DNA of 64,000 nt. It comes from Lingula anatina (taxonomy: Eukaryota > Animalia > Brachiopoda). Below the pieces are notes generated by a model, which had not been told where the DNA came from, made no database searches, and worked only from the letters and a program-made list of their open reading frames with translations. The position numbers and the translations under genes were made by a program. Of the stretch, positions 28,101 to 37,200 are shown one piece after another (positions within the stretch are counted from its first letter, which is position 1; each line of letters opens with the position of its first letter). Location of the stretch: contig CM120644.1 in assembly GCA_051362555.1 (NCBI GenBank), positions 11,988,567 to 12,052,566 on the forward strand. Direction: 5' to 3'.

Positions 28101-30641
28101 AAGGTGTGTCTTACACACCTTGACTCAAAGAGAGATGTGTAGTGAGATAACAGGTAAAGTAATTGGTGGAGCCTAGGTGAACTTAAAACCTTAAGACTTT
28201 AAATTAAGAAGCACCAGGATTCATGTGTGTTCTTTTTTCAAAGGTTTAATATGAATTAAAACATATATAATTATGTAAAAAGAAGACTAAATAAGTTAAA
28301 AATAACTATACCAAAGACACTGTGAAGTCAAACTTCCTGTTAGACCGCCATGATGGAAAATTCTGGGTGGAGGCAAAATTTTCCAGTCAAAAAAACTGAG
28401 CACTTTACTTTAACAACAAAGTTACCACTCCAAAGCCACCCACCATGGTGAGAAGAAAAATGATGACCAACTGTCATGATAAGTCTTTTTAGATTTAAAC
28501 ATGAAAAAGGTAAAGGCCAAAATGGTACATTTACCCATAACACTAGAGTAAAAAATTGGTATTCTGAACAAATCAGGTTATTTTTTTCAAGAAATATTGG
28601 AGCAGTATCCATGCAATATATACCACGCCACGACCAAGATGTTCAAGAATCTAAACACATCAATTTTTTTTATAATCTTGCATTTGAAAAGTACAAAAAG
28701 CGGTAAGGCTTTTGGCCGTAACAAGCGTAACACTTTTTGATCGGAACTCATGAAAATTGTCAATTGTCGTATCCAAGCTAGACCACATGTAAAATCGCAA
28801 AAAAAAAACAATACTGCTCAAGCAAGTGTGTTGCACACATAACAATTAGTTAAATTTTATGACTGTCATGTGACACAAGTTTTAAAAAGTAGGAGGAAAA
28901 TGTCTTTTGGAGTAATTTTTTTTTCGAAATATTAACAAGATGGCGGCTTAAGCATCTGCTTGTTATTCGGCTACTGAAAGTGCACCTAAGTTTTATTCTT
29001 TGCTACTGCCACAAATTACTTAACATTTGCAACTGTATAAAGACCAAACTTTCTTCATCTGATACTATATTTAAAGGCACTTGTTATGAGTGGGAAATAT
29101 TTTTCGTGCAATATTTATTCTCCACACACCACCTCGCGAGATCAACGTGTAGCTGGACACTTACACAGTGAGACCCTACGACATAAAAGTTGCAATTTAT
29201 CTTCATATTTCGTGTAGTTATGCATTTAAAAGCACTTACCTGTTTTTTGAAAACCTTGTCCAACGTAATATCATATAAATTCTGTATTTCTCTCATTTTT
29301 TAGAAACTTGGGACTCCGTTTCTGTTTCTGTCCTCAAAAATCAACAGACGAAGGCACAGATACTAACAAACGAGATTTAAACGAGAGTAATTAAGCGTAA
29401 CAGAGATAGGCATCCATTGTTCTCTGGGTTCTATTCATTCCGACCAATGAGAGACCGTAATACGGGCTCCGCCCCCACGCGTGTAATCTCCTTCTGTTAT
29501 AACTCCTTGCTGTAACTTACATAATGACATCACCTGTTTGTAATTAAGTCCATCCTTTTGTAAAGCAAGCAAATAATGATTGAAATTATTCTAGCTATAA
29601 TGCAACAGCTTCTGAATAATTCATGTTGAAAACATATTAAAAAAGAAAGGCAAAGTCTTATCTTATAGAGAGATTTATTGTATCAAACTCTGAAGTAAAA
29701 AAAAAAATGATAATCAACTGTATCTGAAATAAATGTCATAGATTTTTCATTTTCGCATTTTCCACAAAATGCAAAAAAATCCACTGAACTTTTTCATTCA
29801 TCTATCCATCCATCCTTCATTTTTTCATTTCTTTCTCAACCATATTCCTTTTTTTATTCATTATCAATATCATCTACATTCTTGCTGTGCTGTAATGCAG
29901 ACACCTTCACCAAAAGCCTATATCAAAAGCCATGACACCCTTCAGGCAAGTGACAAAAATATCAGGTTTATTGATCATTAGGACTACAATGGGTTCTGTG
30001 TATCTACTGGCCCAAAGTAGAAACAGTGCCCAATAAATTTCAATACCGGACTAGTAACAATTTTACTTTCAATTGGCTTGGGGTACAAATTTTTCACAGG
30101 CTGCTTCATGAAACTTAACTTGGTATTACCTGAAGAGCATACATGTATTATGCATAATGGATAATGTCTATTTGGTAAGGTTTTATTGCACAATGGTATC
30201 TCAGAACTGCCATGTTGCTATATAACATAGACAGCTGTATGAAATTGGTATGAAATTTAAAGAAAGGAAAAGTAAATTTGGTAGAATGTGTGTTTGGGCT
30301 TGTGTCTGAGACTGTGCCGAGGGGGGGGGGGGGAGGGGAGGATGACGAGGACTAAAAAATTATTATTAAAAAAACACTAGCTGTGCAGTCATAAATAATT
30401 TTCAAAACAATGATGACCATTGGCATCCTCCAATCTCTCCCTTTTTCAGGCAACAGATTCATTTTAACAGTTATATTCCGTTCTTTTATTCATTTGGACA
30501 AAAAGATCATGACTTGTAAAGTTTTACGTCTACAGTACGTACAGTACATCAAAGTACAAACTGAAAAAAAATGAGCAAAAAATATAGTATTCACAATTAA
30601 CATCAAACACCTACCCAGAAAGAGTCCTTGAATAACGCCAT
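1302..30641 (-). CDS. NOSTRIN: NOSTRIN-like F-BAR protein, 5' part only. Coding exons 30615-30641 (MALFKDSFW), 1760-1845 (GLNGFEELRKHIKQGNEFSREVAAIVQE), 1302-1382 (RAELESSYAKSLSKLSNKLTKACACCIG); continues left of the window
   Basis: GT-AG exons with compatible phases (0, 2, 2). The spliced peptide F.D.FWG.NGFEELR..IKQG.EF..E...I.QERAELE..YAK.LSKLS.KL matches the FCH/F-BAR N-terminus and most resembles invertebrate Nostrin from memory. Orthology was not tested. Confidence 0.8.
1483..1564. repeat. Compound (TC)n(TG)n microsatellite
   Basis: Direct reading. Confidence 0.97.
3560..4130. promoter_or_regulatory. CpG-rich internal promoter-like island in NOSTRIN intron 1
   Basis: Local CpG enrichment; CCAAT at 4029; CAGGAAATGACGTAA (ETS plus CRE-like) at 4035-4049; outward-facing donors at 3908 (-) and 4096 (+). 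Confidence 0.5.
4812..4868. repeat. (AT)n microsatellite
   Basis: Direct reading. Confidence 0.97.
9349..9426 (-). CDS. Candidate alternative first coding exon of the F-BAR gene (26 aa, MTSTMKRRESFFQRFNSVELPTDALQ)
   Basis: atcATG start, 78 nt open frame, CAG|GTAAGG donor in phase 0, in frame with the exon starting at 1845. Confidence 0.6.
10190..10357. mobile_element. 168 bp MITE with CAGGGGCGGAT termini, superfamily unassigned
   Basis: TIR CAGGGGCGGAT / ATCCGCCCCTG, TATAT on both flanks, internal GGAAGACGGTCA-like repeats. Confidence 0.8.
14647..14722. repeat. Perfect 37 bp tandem duplication
   Basis: TCATTTCAACCTCATCTAAGTCAAATTAAGAGGGAAT occurs twice in tandem. Confidence 0.95.
14893..15420. 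mobile_element. MITE subfamily A copy interrupted by the palindromic MITE
   Basis: Both halves align with the uninterrupted copy at 22392-22636 (GATCAATCCAA...GCTGAATGCAATCAG; AAAGCTGGTGATTATAC...GGTGTCTATGGGAAT). Confidence 0.8.
14982..15238. mobile_element. Fully palindromic PIF/Harbinger-type MITE, 257 bp, nested in another MITE
   Basis: GGCTTCGTTCACATGC...GCATGTGAACGAAGCC with ~120 bp arms; TAA TSD at 14979-14981 and 15239-15241. Confidence 0.92.
15453..15708 (+). mobile_element. MITE subfamily B copy with an internal 41 bp tandem duplication
   Basis: Homologous to 40680-40896 and to the reverse complement of 58295-58508; TCA on both flanks. Confidence 0.8.
16070..16162. repeat. Compound (CT)n(CA)n microsatellite just 3' of the 16179 donor (UG repeat in the pre-mRNA)
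   Basis: Direct reading. Confidence 0.97.
16179..16334 (-). CDS. Candidate alternative first coding exon of the F-BAR gene (52 aa, MTMRLKNKLTLRRSSSKSLASIHKALASSQSSLDNNLSTSPGANSSVFTYVQ)
   Basis: aacATG start, 156 nt open frame, CAG|GTGAGC donor in phase 0, in frame with the exon starting at 1845. Confidence 0.6.
22218..22373. mobile_element. hAT-type MITE, 156 bp
   Basis: Perfect 8 bp TSD CAACCAGA (22210-22217 and 22374-22381); TIR CAGTGTT / AACACTG. Confidence 0.82.
22392..22636. mobile_element. MITE subfamily A, uninterrupted copy (Harbinger-like)
   Basis: Imperfect TIR GGGCTCTTTCCCATAGACA / TGTCTATGGGAATACGCCC with subterminal inverted repeats; paralog at 14893-15420. Confidence 0.8.
22850..23597. 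mobile_element. 748 bp non-autonomous DNA transposon with TWA target (Zator- or Harbinger-like)
   Basis: Perfect 34 bp TIR GGCCACACTTTTTTATTTTTATGGATGACATCCT, TTA TSD. Confidence 0.88.
25626..29509. mobile_element. Non-autonomous P-superfamily-like DNA transposon, 3884 bp
   Basis: Perfect 31 bp TIRs CAAGGAGTTATAACAGAAGGAGATTACACGC (25626-25656 and 29479-29509), 7 bp TSD CTGTAAC on both sides, CA...TG ends; no transposase ORF. Confidence 0.88.
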
Positions 30642-31262
30642 TGTATTTGTGGTACACTTGTCACTTCAGTTTATTCTTCTCTATGTTTACTTCAAGTCAT
30701 CTTGTCAAACAATGTATGAATTTGAATGGCAACATTAATCCACATCCGATTGCTTTGCACTTGTGGATTCTTTCGTTCTTCATTGGGCAAAATTAAGTCA
30801 TGACTGCCCCCTCAAAGCTTCTTGTCATGTTAGTAGAAAGCGAGAAAAAATATTAGCATTTGTTTTCCTCGGGAATGATAAGATACGCTATATAAGATAA
30901 TGCTAAAATAAGGTATGACCATCTACACGAGGTGAGCATCATTGCAGTTTAACACTGACAAATAAAAAATAAATAGAATACTTTATGAAATTTTTGAAAA
31001 ATATAACCTATGAAGTTTTTTCAGAGAGGAAAGCTTTTTAAACAAAAAGGACCAGCTAAGAGTTTTATGAATACTGTTTTAAGAATGGGATATAAAAATT
31101 TCCCTAAAAAGAAAAATAAGAAGAAGACAAAATCGATCTTTGTGGCCGCCAACATGATTGAGCAAAATTTATGTGGGGCGCCATGAGCGATCAGCAAATC
31201 ACTTTCCAGTAGTTTCACCACTGCGGTCCTGATTCTCACATGTAAATTTATTCTATTTCAAG
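30642..31262. promoter_or_regulatory. Probable bidirectional promoter, NOSTRIN-like / PTGES3
   Basis: Divergent ATGs ~620 bp apart; YY1-like CAAGATGGCGG overlaps the PTGES3 start. Confidence 0.6.
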
Positions 31263-31916
31263 ATGGCGGGCACAAATGGAAAGTGAGTGTTTCTGATATT
31301 TATCACAAAGCGGTAAAATTATATGGTAATCATATACCACTCATATTTAATCTATAGATCATGAGCGCTGCCTTCTCTGACGTTAGTCAGTATTACGCTA
31401 TACTGCTTCTTACAGAACTTAGAACGAGAGGGCGGTTGTGTCAATAAAGCCGAATGCACGTTGTCTACACGCATCACGCGCTTTCTTCTGGAAATTTCTT
31501 TGTGCGTCGTTTCGTTATTAGTCGTTTTATTTATATTAATTGATTTTCCATGTGGGGTATTTCAAGATCAAAAGTTATGTAAGGCGCAAGCGTAGATAGG
31601 TGATTAATTTGCAACGTGATAAACAAAGTAAGAAAATAAGTATTGATCAGGATCAGTAACTACTTGCATCGTGGCCCCCTCAGTGGGTCTCCCCACCCGA
31701 AATTATTTATTTAAAATATCACTGTTTTTTGTTTCAGACTTCACCCAGAGGTCATGTGGGCACAGAGAGATGACAAGTTATTTTTAACAATAAACCTGGC
31801 TGATGTACGGAAAAAAGATGCAAAAATAGAGCTCAAAGAAGACAAATTAATTTTTAGGTAATAATATATTTTCCATGAAAGCATACTGTAATTTAATAAG
31901 ATTTGATATTAAAGTG

Positions 31917-32001
<85 letters not shown>

Positions 32002-32396
32002 TTTTATTTATTTATTTATTTTATTTATGTATTTTTTTTTGTTTTTGATGATGAAAAAAAAATTCACAAGGCATCATGATTGTTTATGTGATACAAATTT
32101 TAATTTTAATTTAAGTGGTAATGGTGGACCAGAGAAACATGACTATGAAGCAGAGATAGAATTTTATGCAGCTGTTAAGCCAGAGGTTGGTGTAATAAAT
32201 TTCACCTTTGAAAATATAAAGAAATAAATAAAACAATGTAAACAGAAAGAAATGTTTCTTATGTAATATAAAGTTGTATTAAACACCATATAAGTAAACT
32301 ATGTAGTCAGTTTTCCCTCTTTTTTCAGTAACAAGGGATTTTAATTTTCGAAAGTAATTTTCGGGCTAACACAAGCCCATCTTCATTGTTGTCATG

Positions 32397-32433
<37 letters not shown>

Positions 32434-33975
32434 CATCATTATTGTTATTTGAATTATTATTTATTTTTTGCTAAAGATAAGAAAATAGGAGAAATTTGTG
32501 CCGATGAATGAATTACTTAAAGTTTCAGAAAAATTGAATTAAAAAATATAGATTTTGTATTTCATCTTTCGTACATATTATTATACGCATAAATATACCT
32601 ACTGAATATTTTAGGAATCAAAATATACTGTTCAAGCTAGAAATATCCCAATGGTAATAAAGAAGAAAGAATCTGGTCCATACTGGCCAAGGCTTATTAA
32701 AAATAAACAAAAGGTAAATATTACAAGGCACTCACAGATTTATGTCTGTGTGTGATTTTTTTTATTGTATTTGGCATAAGCATAAGCTATTTTAAAAGAA
32801 AACAGAAAAGTTACATTTTGCATCCTGTCTTTCAAGTCTGTATGTCCCTGTATTTCAGGTACACTGGTTAAAAACAGATTTTGCCAAATGGAAAGATGAA
32901 GACGACTCTGATATAGATGATAAAGAAGATATGAACTTTGAAGAGGTAAAAACTGATTTATTGTTATGGATAGGACAGGGATAGGATGTATTATTGTATA
33001 AGGTTCCTTCTTTTCACATCATAGATAAAATTTGAAGAGGAAGAAATCGATTTATTGTTGTGTTCAGTCACCAGATGTTGTCCTTTTAGTGTAGAATTCC
33101 ATCTTTTTTTGCGTCATAGAAACATTTTGAAGAGGGAAAAAAATTTATCCATGTTTACAGGTGCAAGACCTCTTCAGACAAATTTTGAGATCATTAAAAA
33201 AAGGTTCAGCATACCATTTCAAATGTGAAAATAGTTTCATTGGATCTTAGTTTTGATAGTCAGAAAGGTTTCATTTTACAGGATCTAGCATAAATGAAAC
33301 CTTTCTGAATACCATTTCAGTTTCCTTGCTGAACAGTTGGTTTCACTCTTTTTTGAACATAGAAACATAGGTTGAAAAAAAAGAAGCTTTATAAAACCTG
33401 TTTAATAGACCTGGTAACAATCACAGCATTGTCAGTCTAGTTTTAAACAACTCTATGCTGGTTTTAAACAACTCTAAAAGATCTTTTACTGATTTCTGTT
33501 TTTTACCAGGGCTGATATTTATATTTATATTATGTTGTTTTCACTTCAGATGATGTCACAGATGGGTGGTTTCAAGGGTGGTTCAGGAATGCAAGACTTG
33601 GAGGGCATGGAAGCTTCACCAGAAAATGTAAGTATTGAATGAAAATTATAAACTGGAGCTTCTTTTGCTTATTTTTGTTAAATGGGGAATTAGCCAAAAT
33701 TCCAATTTTAGCTTTCTATATCTTTTACATAAAAATTATTTCTCTGCCTGGCTCTTTACGTAAAAAATAGAATAAGAGTATTGTGTATTATCTGTATAAA
33801 TTTCATTACACATGCTCTCAGGTTTTTAACAGAAATTGTTGTCAGTCACTTTGTTCATATTTGAACTGCGTGATTTTATATTGAAATTTAAAAGAAAAAA
33901 ATCCAAAATCTTTTTTCTTTGTTTTTTCAGGAAGAGGAAGATAGTGATGATGAAGAGTTACCAGATTTAGAGTAG
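31263..33975 (+). CDS. PTGES3: p23 / prostaglandin E synthase 3, HSP90 co-chaperone, 172 aa. Exons 31263-31282, 31738-31857, 32116-32185, 32615-32713, 32859-32945, 33550-33627, 33931-33975
   Basis: All GT-AG introns keep the frame. Motifs HPEVMWAQR, GPYWPRL, HWLKTDFAKWKDEDDSD and the acidic tail DSDDEELPDLE* are typical of p23. Confidence 0.96.
31486..31498 (+). promoter_or_regulatory. Candidate heat shock element in PTGES3 intron 1
   Basis: TTCtgGAAatTTC is the three-unit nGAAn array bound by HSF; it lies in a CpG-rich stretch ~220 bp after the ATG of an HSP90 co-chaperone gene. Confidence 0.55.
31921..31997. repeat. (TA)n microsatellite in PTGES3 intron 2
   Basis: Direct reading. Confidence 0.97.
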
Positions 33976-34236
33976 ACTTTTTTATAGGCTATCAAGGTTT
34001 TCATCTTGAAAATAATGACCTCTTCCTGTAACCATGAAGATTGTTGGTGGCTGGAACATCTAGAGCCACATAATAATCCAAGTTTAAGAGAAATAAATGA
34101 GACATTATGGAATCAGGGCAATTTTTTTTTCATACTTTGAAGTCAATATTTTTAAATTTTTGGATAAAATAACCAGAGGCCAATTGAATTTTAGGAAAGG
34201 GTTTTTTATAACAAGAATGACATATCCAAGCCAGAA

Positions 34237-37200
34237 ATAACAGGTTCTGATTTCAGCTGGCAATCATTTAGTCATTTGGCCAACTAAACATAAACTCCTT
34301 GAGAGTGTGCATCTGGGTACTCTATCAGATTTAATTGCATAATGCAATGAAACCTAATCTGCAACCATTTAATTCAGGTTAGTACAGAGATGATTGACAC
34401 TGACTTCTGCCAAGTTTTCCTCTCAGCTAACTTTATCCATAGATAAAGTTAGCTGAGAGGCCCAAAGCAGGAAACTGTGTCAGAAACTCAAACCAGGTAA
34501 CTCTATCTACAGATAGAGTTACCTCAGACGCATTTTTAAAGGAATTAAAGCCATTACACTTTGACTATCCATGGGTTGGTTCCAGTGTTCAAACTCAAAA
34601 AATAAACATTATCTCTGAAATATCTTGAAGTATCATAGTCTTTATTTTGAAGGGCCCAAAATAAAGATTTAACCTCTGTATAATTATATATGGTACTTGG
34701 TATTTTCAACTAATGAATGGCACAGTAATGCCAATTGTAAATGAAAAATATTAATTACTTAATTCTTTCAACTTGTAAAAAATATTAATTATGAAATTTT
34801 CATTTAAAAAGATCTTCTACATTTACTGGGGGGGGGGGGGGGGGGCAGCTTTTCAATTACAAGGGTACTACAGTGTACTGTTGTATTTATGCTAGAATTA
34901 AAAATCAAGTAACCTAAGTCTTAGGTCAAATATGGCAGAATACACACTTGAGATGAAACTGCTACTCAAGTAAGTGGTTGTTTATTACATAGATAAAATT
35001 ACTGTAGTGTGATTTCCTTTCAGTTTGATTTATTTCAAACAGGCTTAGTAAACAATATATCTAATCTTTCTAAAGCAAGGGGGTTGAAGGGGAGGGCTGG
35101 GGATGGGGATGGGGACTGCATCACTCCCTCATATATTAACACCTTACTACTGGGTATTGTAGCATTGCATATATTTGTGCCTGGTGAGTATGTAGGTCAG
35201 GAATTTGTCTGAGGTATTTCACTGGGATTTGCATTATGCAAGATATCAATTACATATGGCTGAGAAGATAACAGACTTGTTGTATGTTAGGTCTTAACAC
35301 AGCTTTAATAGGACAAGTGATAGTGATTAATTTACATAAGCTTCTTATTATTTATAGCATCTCATTTTCAAATGACATTCACTCTAATACCTTATAATAA
35401 TTAAGACATGTTTCCTATACATACTTTTATTATGTATGTTTTCATTCTAAAGAATTATATTGTGCTAAACATCAATAAAAGTGCACTTGATCATTCAAAA
35501 GTGCACTTGATGATCTGAAAGGTAAAGCCATGAAGGCGGTTTTGCAGTTAAGCAGGCGGGCCCAAGCAGGCTTCACAGTCCACCACCAACAATATGACCC
35601 AGACACATTTAAAACTCTCCGATGCCCTTTTATAAAACCCATACTGATGTACAGATGCGAAATCTGGGGACCATCAATCAAATATAACAGCCAAAAAAAC
35701 CTTAAATACATGAATATTTTGCCATTCGAAGTAGTACGAAATAACTATTGCAAATACATTTTAGCATAAGACGCAATGCCAGTAATGTAGCAGCTAAAGC
35801 AGAACTAGGCAGATTCCCAATTACACATGACATAAGTGGTCATGCTACATCCTATTGGCAAAGATTTTCTGAAATGCCAAAGCAGCGCATGGCAAAAACA
35901 ATGTATGCATACGAAACAAAACATGACACACAGGTAAAAAATTGGTCAAGCAAAATTCAATACATTACTCAAAATCTAATCAAAACATCAACTAATACTC
36001 CCTCGAAAGCAGAAGTAAAACATGCACTGGAAAGTCACTATACCTTTTTGTTTCTCAAAGAAACAGAGTGAGCATATAGCATACTACGTACATATTGATT
36101 ATTTAAAACAAATTATGAAAGGAAAGCATACACAACAGCGGCCCCACAACAGCTAGCACCTATACCAAAACATGAAATGCAAAATTTGGTAAAATTTAGG
36201 ACAGGGGCACACAAATTAGCAATCCAAAGAGGCAAATACCGAAAACTAAAATCAATATCCCCTGAACAAAGTATCTGCAAAATATGCTCAGCTGAAGTCG
36301 AAAATAAAATACACTTCTATTAAAATGCCCCTCACACCAAACACAGGGAGATCCTAAAACCAGATCCTACACAAATAATCAGTAAATGCGTAATTAGATA
36401 GTTAAAACAGTTTAAGTGCAGCTATGTTTTCTTTCAAAACAGCGGAACTTGGGACTAAAATTCATAAGGAATACCGGGTCCTCTAACTATTGTAATATAG
36501 AATCCTCAGAACAGCAGTCGATTTTTTAACTTGACTCCTACAATTTTCATATTTTCGGATCCTCTGAACAACAAACCCATAGAATATAAGGCATACCCGC
36601 AAAATTAAGAGCCCTGTGCCTGGTTGTTCAATGCATCAAACTGAGATTAATTTTAGACCATTTATGATGCAAAATGAACTAGCAATCCCTCTCTCTCTCT
36701 CTCTCTCTCTCATTGTGATCTTTTCACAGGGGAAAATTAGTATCACTTGGTAAGAAAAATGTGAGACACTTTTGTAAGTTAACTGATTTTGTGGCAGTAA
36801 TTTAGCTAGATGGCTGTGATAGCTTTGCCTCAGACTTGATGCCAGTTGAAATTGTCTTGGGCACCTCCAGCTAGGACCCAGGCTAAGAATATTTTGTATT
36901 CTGGCCTCCAATAAGCAACCCATGGGGAATCATCTGATGTCAGTTGACCTTAACCAATTAATCAGCATATAATCCTAATATAAGCATCCTCAGCAATGCC
37001 AGAGGCCTCTGAGCTCACTGATTACTCCTCCTGAGGAAAACTTGATTCATCTTAAATTACCTATGGTACATGCAGGGTGTCCCAGTACAAATATAACCCA
37101 AGAATGTGAACATAATTTATTTTCTGATAACATACGATATGCAGCCCATACACTGTATACTAAAGATTAAGGTTCCAGGATGCAACCCCCTTACCAGAGC

